64,000 nucleotides of DNA, taken from the sequence record PQ741806.1; one strand, written 5' to 3'. Shown piece after piece: positions 12,508-21,066 of this stretch. Within the stretch, counting starts at the first letter, position 1. The number at the start of each line of letters is the position of its first letter. Below the pieces are notes generated by a model. That model did no database searches. It saw only the letters and a list, made by a program, of their open reading frames with translations, and had not been told where the DNA came from. The position numbers and the translations under genes were made by a program.

Positions 12508-13422
12508 TTATCCAATGATTTCACGAAGAATATCTTCAGTAGCTTTCATTGTGTTCGCAGTCTCAACAATCTTAGTAAAGAGTGTTGAATAACGTTCAAC
12601 ATGGTCTGCTGCCCATGTAACCCCTTCAATTAATGTCTGTAACAGCTCTGGAGAGGTGTCAGAGTTACTATCCTTAACATCCTCCATAAAGCTATCAATT
12701 AATTGACTAAGCGCTTCTGAAGCACGTTTTACATCATTTGGACGAACACGTGATAAAATGCTACGAATATCGTTCATTTTCTTTGTTGCATCAACAAATG
12801 AATTTAATGATGGGTAAAGCTTACCAAACTCAGCTGTACTTGACCGGTTGTCACTGTCATAGAAGGAAGCATCTTTAGCAAGGTCATTGATCGATGCCAT
12901 TGCAAATGAATTAGCAAAGCCACGCTTATCCATTCGATCAGCACGCTGTTGTAGGTAATACCCAAGTTGTGCTTTAACCGGGTCTAATACTGCTGGAATA
13001 ATAGTGGCCATTTCCTTAGCTTCTGTTAATAGATAATCAACATAGTCTGGAATCTCACCATTAAAACCAACTGGTTGTGGCACGATTGTATTTGCTACTT
13101 CTAAATAATCAATGTGTGAAACCAAATGGCGCATCTGCGCTGGATGGAACTCAGGAATAATTTGATTACTCCAGTTAGTCATTGACGTAAATGCATTACG
13201 AGCAGCGATAGCAAAATTAGCACCGCGTTTATTGATAATGTTAATAGCGTTTGTTGCGAAATTAGCTTCTTGAGAAATAGTCTCAGTAATATCTACAAGC
13301 TGTTGCTTTGGATCAACTTGTACTAAACTAATATCATCATTAACAATATTGTCAGATTCAATTAGATCCTGACAATCATTTTCTAGTGAAATACTTTTAG
13401 CGTATTTATGGATGTTAAACAT
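12508..13422 (-). CDS. Head-associated structural protein (gp153-like)
   Basis: 304 aa; N-terminal SISLE protease-type site; synteny. Confidence 0.65.
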   Translation of the reverse strand: MFNIHKYAKSISLENDCQDLIESDNIVNDDISLVQVDPKQQLVDITETISQEANFATNAINIINKRGANFAIAARNAFTSMTNWSNQIIPEFHPAQMRHLVSHIDYLEVANTIVPQPVGFNGEIPDYVDYLLTEAKEMATIIPAVLDPVKAQLGYYLQQRADRMDKRGFANSFAMASINDLAKDASFYDSDNRSSTAEFGKLYPSLNSFVDATKKMNDIRSILSRVRPNDVKRASEALSQLIDSFMEDVKDSNSDTSPELLQTLIEGVTWAADHVERYSTLFTKIVETANTMKATEDILREIIG

Positions 13423-13453
13423 GTCTTAATTTCCTTGCGCAAGGATTGTTGAA

Positions 13454-13465
13454 TATGTAGACATA
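13454..13465. promoter_or_regulatory. Palindromic pair of late-type TATG promoters (TATGT-AG-ACATA) between divergent genes
   Basis: TATG at 13454 (+) and CATA at 13462 (-); the + strand TATGTAGACA equals the gp119 late promoter core. Confidence 0.55.
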
Positions 13466-13519
13466 AAATTACTCTCCAAATCAATTAATTGACTGTTTAA
13501 CTTAAAAAATGGAGTCAAC

Positions 13520-14959
13520 ATGTTTGGTAAACATTTCGAACGTCCAGCTTTCCGACCGGCTCTTAACATCGGATGCCTTATGGACATTTCAACTGGTAAG
13601 TATGAACAAGGTAAGCATGGTGAAATGATTCTAAATGGTGGTATGGGATCACTAACTGGTATTGCTTCACGACCTAACAATTTTAAAACTGCATTAGGTA
13701 TCTACCTCATGGCAATGATGCGCCGTGCTTTCCCCGGTGCACATGCAATGACTTACGATACAGAAGGTACATTAAACCCAGGTGCTCGATTTACATCTTT
13801 AGCACAAGCTTATCCTGAGCTAGCTGCTATCGATTGGGAAAATGATGAGCAATACATGTTTACTGACTTATCTCGTTATACTGGGGATGAGTGGTTCAAA
13901 ATCTTCCGCGATGCATTATCTGAAAAAGAAAAGGCTGAAAAAGATTATCTACGTACTACCCCATTTCTTGATGTGAATGGTAATAATAAGAAAGCACTGT
14001 ACCCAACTGGCGGGTTCATTGATAGTTTCTCAAAGTTCATTGTCTCAGCTGTGTCTGAAATGTATGCTAAAAATGCTATCGGTGATTCTAAAGTAAACAC
14101 TGATGCAATGACTAATGGTAAAGCTAAGAATCAGTTATTTAACCAGCTACCGCAGATCTGTGCTAAAACCAGTACATACATGATTCTCACTGCACACGTT
14201 GGAGATATCATTCAAATTGAGATGTACCCTACTGATAAACGTAATCTATCGCATATGAAGAAGGATACGGTTCTTAAAGGGGTGTCAGGTGGTTTCTACT
14301 CTCTACCGAATAATGTGTTTTCTATTGAATCTAATAAACCGTTAGTCAATAAAGAAAAAATGCCTTTATATCCAATTGACAATTCAACTGCTATTGAAGG
14401 CGATACAGATCTACGTATTCTAGAAGTTATTAACTTACGTGGTAAAGGTGGAATTACTGGTCTACCATTCCATCTCATTGTTTCACAAACTGAAGGTATT
14501 CTTCCATCACTATCAGAATTCCATTATTGCCGTGAAAATGATTGGGGGATTGGTGGTAATAACATTAACTACTTCGTTGAGCTATGTCCTGATATCAAAC
14601 TAAGTCGGACCACTGTTCGTAAGAAATTGATGGATAACCCTGCTCTACAACGAGCTGTTGAAATCCAATCTGAAATGCTACAATTAATTCAATTCCAACG
14701 TTGGAATCTTGGAGATTATGTAGTAACGCCAGCTGAGCTATATGCTGATCTTAAAGTAATGGGTTATGATTGGGATATTATTCTTAATAATACTCGTGGC
14801 TATTGGATGTTCGAAGAAGACGAACAGTTTAGTGATAAAAAATTCCTATCCACGTATGACCTACTACGTATGCGTAAAAGTGAATATAAACCATACTGGA
14901 TGACTGACGAAGAAAAAGCTAAAATTGTACCTCTTGAACTAGCTAAAGCAAAAGCTTAA
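13520..14959 (+). CDS. uvsX: UvsX/RecA-like recombinase (gp152-like)
   Basis: 479 aa RecA-fold; Walker-A-like SRPNNFKT, YDTEGT, Walker-B FIDSFS; synteny. Confidence 0.85.
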   Translation: MFGKHFERPAFRPALNIGCLMDISTGKYEQGKHGEMILNGGMGSLTGIASRPNNFKTALGIYLMAMMRRAFPGAHAMTYDTEGTLNPGARFTSLAQAYPELAAIDWENDEQYMFTDLSRYTGDEWFKIFRDALSEKEKAEKDYLRTTPFLDVNGNNKKALYPTGGFIDSFSKFIVSAVSEMYAKNAIGDSKVNTDAMTNGKAKNQLFNQLPQICAKTSTYMILTAHVGDIIQIEMYPTDKRNLSHMKKDTVLKGVSGGFYSLPNNVFSIESNKPLVNKEKMPLYPIDNSTAIEGDTDLRILEVINLRGKGGITGLPFHLIVSQTEGILPSLSEFHYCRENDWGIGGNNINYFVELCPDIKLSRTTVRKKLMDNPALQRAVEIQSEMLQLIQFQRWNLGDYVVTPAELYADLKVMGYDWDIILNNTRGYWMFEEDEQFSDKKFLSTYDLLRMRKSEYKPYWMTDEEKAKIVPLELAKAKA

Positions 14960-14990
14960 TGTTAGTATAGATGTTATCGCCAGTTTCAAA

Positions 14991-15021
14991 ATAACTAGGG
15001 GTCAATAAGATCCCTAGTTAT
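14991..15021 (+). terminator. Hairpin terminator/stem-loop
   Basis: ataactaggg...ccctagttat followed by G (TATG). Confidence 0.5.
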
Positions 15022-15035
15022 GTCAGGTTTGGTAT

Positions 15036-15386
15036 ATGAATGTTTACACTTATCAGATAGCTAAATATAAGTTAGTTATAGAGAAAGGAATAAAACCTCT
15101 AGACATAACTGTTAAATCAGGTGCGTATCAACTCGCACCTACTTGGTTAATGGTTATGGGACATAAGAAAGGAATTATATCAGATGATGAATACACTGAA
15201 GCATATCTCAGTATGTTAGAGCAATCATTGATTGATAATCCAGAATTCTTTAAATGGTTCTTCCAATTAGAGGAAGTAGCATTAGGTTGTTATTGTCGCG
15301 CTGGTAATTTCTGTCACCGGCATTTATTAGTAGAATGGCTTGAAACAAAAACAGAGGTCATTTACTGTGGTGAGATATCAAAGTAA
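15036..15386 (+). CDS. DUF488-like protein
   Basis: LAPTW...Y...Y...L...VALGCYCRAGNFCHRHLL pattern typical of the DUF488 family (recognised from memory). Confidence 0.65.
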   Translation: MNVYTYQIAKYKLVIEKGIKPLDITVKSGAYQLAPTWLMVMGHKKGIISDDEYTEAYLSMLEQSLIDNPEFFKWFFQLEEVALGCYCRAGNFCHRHLLVEWLETKTEVIYCGEISK

Positions 15387-15409
15387 AATAAAGACCCTAA
15401 GGAACTATA

Positions 15410-15730
15410 ATGAAAACTACAGAAGATTATCGTTTAACACTTTGTCAACGTCTACGAATGTTTGATGTTGAACTATCAGAAGATCTATTACGTCGATTAC
15501 CAGTGTGTACAGACGTACCCACTTTATCAGCTTGCTTTCAGCAACTATTAGCTCAATACCCTAGTCAGACATTGACAGCTAGAACCACCATTGATGATTC
15601 AGTCACCTTTGAAGTATGGTATGCTAATTTTCTAGCCAATATATTACCAATTCTTAAGAGGCATAGGTTACCACCATGTACTGACCAGAATTCAATACCT
15701 GTCTATCAAGGGGTATCTCGCTCAAGCTAA
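15410..15730 (+). CDS. Hypothetical protein (gp150-like)
   Basis: 106-aa ORF, RBS aagga. Confidence 0.65.
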   Translation: MKTTEDYRLTLCQRLRMFDVELSEDLLRRLPVCTDVPTLSACFQQLLAQYPSQTLTARTTIDDSVTFEVWYANFLANILPILKRHRLPPCTDQNSIPVYQGVSRSS

Positions 15731-15762
15731 TGGTATGTTAAACAACCTTAGAGGAAATTACC

Positions 15763-16437
15763 ATGACTAAACGAGAATTGGTAGAAAAAGAATGCCTATG
15801 GATTATTGACATGTTTCTACCTGGTAGTAGTAATGTTGATATCTATAAAGAAATGTTTGCACGAATGAATGATGAGGAATTTGAGGAGTGGATTAATAAG
15901 TTAGATTCTGGTGAAGAGATGTTGGCATTATATGCTCCTAACTTATGCACTAAGCCTAAATTAACTATTAAGCAAAATTATAAAGTTGCTAAAGCGATTG
16001 GTCATAATTTATTCCAACACATCATTTTAACTGATCCAGGTACTGGCCAGGTATATCGAACTGCTAATAAACATTTAGTTGGTTTAATACCAATTCGTCG
16101 TCAAGTACAAATGCTTGAGAAAAAGAAAAGTATTCCAGGTTCTAGTCACGTGATTGACCAGAGGTCAGGGCAGGTAACTGGTGATTCTAAAGGATCACGT
16201 ATGTCTGCACCAGAGATTCAAGTTAACGCTTCAAAAGGTCTCCGTTATTCCATGATCGAATTCATGAAACTGCGTGGTGGCGACCAGAAGGCGTATAATG
16301 CAATGAACCGCTCTATTATCGAAACTGGTAGTGCTTCTATTGATTCCATCATGTCCACTTATGATACTACTGTGCAATCTAATAAAACATTTGCATGTTA
16401 TCTAAAAGGCATGATGCTACAAAATAACTTGGTGTAA
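15763..16437 (+). CDS. Virion RNA polymerase beta subunit, C-terminal part (gp149-like)
   Basis: GQVTGDSKGSRMSAPE...SKG...EFMKLRGGD resembles the RpoB C-terminal GGQRFGEME/LTVKSDD region; synteny. Confidence 0.85.
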   Translation: MTKRELVEKECLWIIDMFLPGSSNVDIYKEMFARMNDEEFEEWINKLDSGEEMLALYAPNLCTKPKLTIKQNYKVAKAIGHNLFQHIILTDPGTGQVYRTANKHLVGLIPIRRQVQMLEKKKSIPGSSHVIDQRSGQVTGDSKGSRMSAPEIQVNASKGLRYSMIEFMKLRGGDQKAYNAMNRSIIETGSASIDSIMSTYDTTVQSNKTFACYLKGMMLQNNLV

Positions 16438-16439
16438 TT

Positions 16440-16946
16440 ATGAATAATCGCCAGATTTATGAAGATATGTGCGAAGCTTTAATTGTATCTAATACTGAGT
16501 TAGTAAATGGATACAGTGCTGAAATCATTGCGGATATTTTGGATTTACTAAATAACTGGAGTACCAATACTCATTGGTATCACATTGCTGATAAAACAGT
16601 TATTAGGGATATCTGGAATTTATTCCGTAATAAAGGTAATCGTCTTCAACCTATCTTAAGTTTAGTTAGTCGATTTAAAATGGCTGTTAATGATTGGGAT
16701 GGTGTGGTGGAATTACTAGCTAATTCTATTTATCCTTATCAATCTAATTCAACTATTGTTGACCAAGAAATGTTAGCGCGATTAATTCCACGAAAAGAAT
16801 TAACTGACATTTTATACCAAAATGATTGGTTAGTTTGGATTATTTGCCAATGTTTAAATATCCGTTATATTACTAATCTAGTTGAATCTATCCCAGTTCA
16901 AGCTAAGCCATCTAAAAAGAAGGCGGTAAATAATAATGTTTCGTAA
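16440..16946 (+). CDS. Hypothetical protein (gp148-like)
   Basis: 168-aa ORF, tightly coupled to neighbours. Confidence 0.65.
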   Translation: MNNRQIYEDMCEALIVSNTELVNGYSAEIIADILDLLNNWSTNTHWYHIADKTVIRDIWNLFRNKGNRLQPILSLVSRFKMAVNDWDGVVELLANSIYPYQSNSTIVDQEMLARLIPRKELTDILYQNDWLVWIICQCLNIRYITNLVESIPVQAKPSKKKAVNNNVS

Positions 16947-17652
16947 AATCTTAATTGATCTTGACTCACTATTAGATACACGATTAGGAACCATTAGGTT
17001 ACTAAATAAAGATGCAGCTAATAAGCTTGTTACCAATGGTCAAATTTACTGGCATAGGGAAATGGATGATTGGACTAAACTAACAGATGGTTTAGTAACT
17101 AATGAACAATTTGTCGAAGCTTATTCTAAACGTGGTGGTGAAAATACTGCTGACACTATCAATAGTTCTATATTCACTGGTATCATTCCATTTATTATTC
17201 AATTAATAGCCCAATCAGATTTGAATAGATTAGATGGTATAGTTAATGCTAATTTTGAAACATGTCTTGAAGTCAATATCTGGCCATATGAATTGACACC
17301 AGATGCTCAAGATGAATTACTATACTGCTTACATAAGTACATTGGTGATCATATTCAGATCACCCTGATTAATACTCCATTAACAGACCTTACTTGTTCT
17401 AGATTAAACTCTATCTATTCAATGGCGATTATGTATAATTTTGGAGAATGGTGTAAAACCCATGTTCTTGAATTAGGACAAGTGTTGATGCCTGACTTTA
17501 CTATTATTGGTCCAAAACTATTTGAGAAAGATGTAAGTGAATTAGCTGTTGAAGATAAACAGTTTATTATCATGGATTTCCAGTTAAAGCATAAACTTAA
17601 TATCGACTTTGATTTCATCGATGCTGAATACTTTTCCATGTTTAAGCCATGA
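16936..17652 (+). CDS. Conserved hypothetical protein with HAD-like N-terminal DxD motif (gp147-like)
   Basis: 238 aa; starts ILIDLDSLLD. Confidence 0.6.
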   Translation: MFRKILIDLDSLLDTRLGTIRLLNKDAANKLVTNGQIYWHREMDDWTKLTDGLVTNEQFVEAYSKRGGENTADTINSSIFTGIIPFIIQLIAQSDLNRLDGIVNANFETCLEVNIWPYELTPDAQDELLYCLHKYIGDHIQITLINTPLTDLTCSRLNSIYSMAIMYNFGEWCKTHVLELGQVLMPDFTIIGPKLFEKDVSELAVEDKQFIIMDFQLKHKLNIDFDFIDAEYFSMFKP

Positions 17653-17658
17653 TACCCA

Positions 17659-17685
17659 ATAGAAAGCCCTATTAGGGCTTTCTAT
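17659..17685 (+). terminator. Hairpin terminator
   Basis: atagaaagccct-att-agggctttctat. Confidence 0.7.
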
Positions 17686-17753
17686 GCTTTTTTTAGATAT
17701 AACTGGTACGATGGTATGGTTAATAATGAATCAATCTTAAAAGACAAAATAAA

Positions 17754-17773
17754 GCCCTCCCCGAAGGGAGGGC
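17754..17773 (-). terminator. Hairpin terminator of the fibre operon
   Basis: gccctccc-cgaa-gggagggc (UUCG loop on the - strand); core identical to 50084..50103. Confidence 0.8.
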
Positions 17774-17784
17774 AATATGTCATT

Positions 17785-20700
17785 TTAAATAACAGCACCT
17801 TTGGAAACTATCCAGTTAGTACCATCCCATAAGAGGGTGAGAACTGTTTTAGTATCACCTAGGTCATCTACTATTACTGGAGTACCATTGTTCCACTGTA
17901 GCACTGCACTAGACAGTGTTGGCATAGCTACCTTACCAAGCAATACAAGAACAGCTGTGATCATGCGATCAACAGGTCCATTCTCTAGTGTAATGGTTTG
18001 GTTAGCAGCAGTTTGAACCCTATAGCACTGCTGGTTAGCAGGTGTTATAGTCAGAGCTGTACCAGTGAATGTACTTGATTTTAGGCTATATGCATCGAAT
18101 GATTTATCTAGCTTCTTCCAAGTAATATTAGCACCAGTACGGCTACGTAGCCAATCACCATCAGCGGTTACATCATTATTCGGACCTTGGAATAGAGTCC
18201 ATGATTTAGCCGCAGCATTACGTAGGAATAGTTGTCCACTAGTAGCATCAGCTTGATCAACTATAATAGTTACAGGTGTCCATTTAGAACCACTAGCTGT
18301 TTTCTCACGTACATAGTTAGTGCCATTAGCACCTTCACTAGGTACTTCACCAATAACTGCGGCTGGTACAGCTACCCATTCACCATTTTGCATACCCATT
18401 AGAGTATCATCGGTTTGCAGAGGTGCTACATCAACCCAGTTACCAGCTACACGACCTTGAGGCTTAGTAGCTTGTGCAGTATCGCGTACTACATCTGAAG
18501 GAATTTCTGGGAATGTAATGGTAGCCCATTCAGTTTCACCCCCTGCAATACCTTTACGAACGTATTGTGCATTAACAACTGGACTAGGTACAGCATCAAT
18601 GGCAGGTGTTGGTAATTCAATAGCAGTCCATTCAACAGCCCCGTCAGCGGTTGCTTTACGGCGACCATAGAAGACACCTACTTCAGCATCTACCACCTCA
18701 TCAACAGGTAGTTCAGTCCAACCGAGTTTGTACCGAACCATTTTCTTATCGACATCTTCTGGATCGACTTCACTAACTGGAACTGACATTAATTTGTAGA
18801 ATACAACCCAGTTAGCATCTTTATACCAAACGGTACCAGTTTTGTCGATACACCAGTCACCACGATTACCATCGATAGAAGTGGGTGCAGTTTGACCTTC
18901 AGGTAGAATTACCCAAGAGGATCCACGTTCACCTTTCTGACCGGTTTTACCAGGGATACCTGGAACACCTTGTTTGCCCTCAGGACCTTCAGGACCCTGC
19001 GGACCCATGGCTAAGACACCTAGGCTTTCCCAAGTAAATGTACCTTCAGTATCGATACTTACAAATACTTCTACTTGTCCTTCAGTATTGGTGCGAATGG
19101 CAATACCTTTACCTACGTTATCAGCAGATGCTACTGGTTTACCAGCATCATCACCAACATAGATAATTAATAGACCACCACCTTGTTTACCTTCAGGACC
19201 TTGTGGGCCTTCGACACCCTGGATACCCTGCTCACCATTTAGATTAATTGGGCCGATATAGCCATCAATTTCCTGACCTTGGTAAGTATAGAGCATTGTA
19301 CCTTCGTTAGTTTCAACCCAGTATGAATCACCAGTTACTAAGTCAGGATCAGTGTCTTTCTTTGGTAGTTGTGAAGCATCGGTTAAAACACCTTTAATGT
19401 TTAAACCTTCACCCGGTTTACCTTGCGGACCTGCCATAATACCAATGCTAGTCCAGCGACTACCGTCCATGTTAACAAATACTTCGCCCGTGGACTTAAC
19501 AGTATATGCTTTCCATTGGTTATCGGCAAGTGCTTCTGGTGGGGTATCTTCAGGAGTGTCAATCGCTGCGATGATCTGGATAGGTTCACCAGCGGGACCT
19601 TGTGGGCCTTCTGGTCCCTCGGGTCCTTCTGGTCCCTGATCACCGTCTTTACCAGGTGCGCCATCTTCACCTTTAGGACCTCGATGTGTACCACTATTTA
19701 CCCAATTACCATCTATCTTAACAAATAAGGTAGATGTGTCTTGTATGAAGTACGCTGCCTGATCAGGAGCATCTGCCGGCAGGGCTGCCTCATTGGCAAC
19801 AGCACCAGTAATAACTACGTTCTTACCATGTAGACTGATTAACCATTCACCCTCAGTACCAGTGAAGCCATTGTCCAATGCTACTTGGAAAGCCGATTTA
19901 CCTTGTGCCCCTGGTTCACCAGGTAGACCTTGTTCGCCATCTTCACCTTGCGGACCTTCAGGGCCCTGCGGGCCACGGAATGAACCCATGGCTGTCCATG
20001 AGATATCAACAGTCGGATCTTGGCCAGTCAGTACATAAACCGTATTGGTGGAACGTACTGAAACACCTTGGTATTGTTCTACACCAGTGGTGGTTAATAG
20101 ATCATCAGCAGTTTCAACTGCTTTAACTACTTCTAAGTTACGACCTTGTGGACCAGGTTCACCTTGTTTACCATCGGGACCCGGATCACCTGTATTACCT
20201 GGTTTACCTTGTGGGCCCTCAGGGCCTTGGAAAGTACCTAGGTCTGACCATGCCCCTTTTACAAAGATGAATAGATGTTCTGGTTTACCAGCTTCCATAG
20301 TAACTAAGTATGCTTCTGATTCTTTAGCTACAGATGGATCAGGTAAATCAGCTGGTGATGGTAGTGAATCCTTAATGGTAAACGGCATTGCTGGTTCACC
20401 CTGAGGACCTTCAGGACCAATTTCACCATCTTTACCTTGCGGACCCTCAGGGCCCTCAGGTCCACGTTCACCCTGTGGTGTAACTGGGAACCAATCATAG
20501 TCATCAATAGTTGGATTCTCTGGCGGATTATTACCTGAGATAAGCATCCACGCCCAGAGTTGATTATTCCATGAATAAGCATCTCCAGGTTTATTACTTT
20601 CAGTCTTAGGTAATTCTAAGTTATTAGGCCAACGACCACGGATAACTAGACCAGTACCATCTGGACCACGAAGTGAACCTGTTTCAACCCAACGACCTTT

Positions 20701-21066
20701 TACAGGGGGGTCTTCATTACCTAGCGGTGATTCCCACACCCATAGCCGATCTTCAACGAACCAAGCATCACCGACATTATGCGTATCTAATGGTTTAATA
20801 TCTTGTTCGAATGTTGCTAGATCAACATTAGCGATAATGTTAATAGCCGGACCAACTGGGCCAGGAGGGCCTTGTTCGCCATCTTTACCCGGCTGACCAT
20901 CTTCACCCTTTAATCCAGGTATAGTAACAGGATCAACGAAAGTAGTATTAAGACCCACCCCGGTAGAAACCGGGATGTGTCCATTAACTACAGAAGTGGG
21001 CTCATCAATTGATGATACCCGTTTGGGGAGTTCCCCGTTTACATAATCTTCAAATGCAGAAGCCAT
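17785..21066 (-). CDS. Collagen-like fibre protein (gp146-like)
   Basis: 1093 aa; many G-X-Y tracts (GPEGPQG) separated by small globular modules; C-terminal WDGTNW domain. Confidence 0.85.
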   Translation of the reverse strand: MASAFEDYVNGELPKRVSSIDEPTSVVNGHIPVSTGVGLNTTFVDPVTIPGLKGEDGQPGKDGEQGPPGPVGPAINIIANVDLATFEQDIKPLDTHNVGDAWFVEDRLWVWESPLGNEDPPVKGRWVETGSLRGPDGTGLVIRGRWPNNLELPKTESNKPGDAYSWNNQLWAWMLISGNNPPENPTIDDYDWFPVTPQGERGPEGPEGPQGKDGEIGPEGPQGEPAMPFTIKDSLPSPADLPDPSVAKESEAYLVTMEAGKPEHLFIFVKGAWSDLGTFQGPEGPQGKPGNTGDPGPDGKQGEPGPQGRNLEVVKAVETADDLLTTTGVEQYQGVSVRSTNTVYVLTGQDPTVDISWTAMGSFRGPQGPEGPQGEDGEQGLPGEPGAQGKSAFQVALDNGFTGTEGEWLISLHGKNVVITGAVANEAALPADAPDQAAYFIQDTSTLFVKIDGNWVNSGTHRGPKGEDGAPGKDGDQGPEGPEGPEGPQGPAGEPIQIIAAIDTPEDTPPEALADNQWKAYTVKSTGEVFVNMDGSRWTSIGIMAGPQGKPGEGLNIKGVLTDASQLPKKDTDPDLVTGDSYWVETNEGTMLYTYQGQEIDGYIGPINLNGEQGIQGVEGPQGPEGKQGGGLLIIYVGDDAGKPVASADNVGKGIAIRTNTEGQVEVFVSIDTEGTFTWESLGVLAMGPQGPEGPEGKQGVPGIPGKTGQKGERGSSWVILPEGQTAPTSIDGNRGDWCIDKTGTVWYKDANWVVFYKLMSVPVSEVDPEDVDKKMVRYKLGWTELPVDEVVDAEVGVFYGRRKATADGAVEWTAIELPTPAIDAVPSPVVNAQYVRKGIAGGETEWATITFPEIPSDVVRDTAQATKPQGRVAGNWVDVAPLQTDDTLMGMQNGEWVAVPAAVIGEVPSEGANGTNYVREKTASGSKWTPVTIIVDQADATSGQLFLRNAAAKSWTLFQGPNNDVTADGDWLRSRTGANITWKKLDKSFDAYSLKSSTFTGTALTITPANQQCYRVQTAANQTITLENGPVDRMITAVLVLLGKVAMPTLSSAVLQWNNGTPVIVDDLGDTKTVLTLLWDGTNWIVSKGAVI

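Noticed and set aside
13426-13680. 84-aa minus-strand ORF across the uvsX start
   Set aside because: Overlaps the uvsX 5' end antisense and the promoter region; no supporting features
17801-20582. Many 60-120-aa ORFs antisense to or in alternative frames of the collagen gene
   Set aside because: By-products of GGN-CCN periodicity (PSGPCGP repeats)
18960-20900. Repeated ggaccttcaggacc/ccttgtgggcc DNA motifs resembling a repeat array
   Set aside because: They encode G-X-Y collagen triplets; no constant repeat with unique spacers, so not CRISPR
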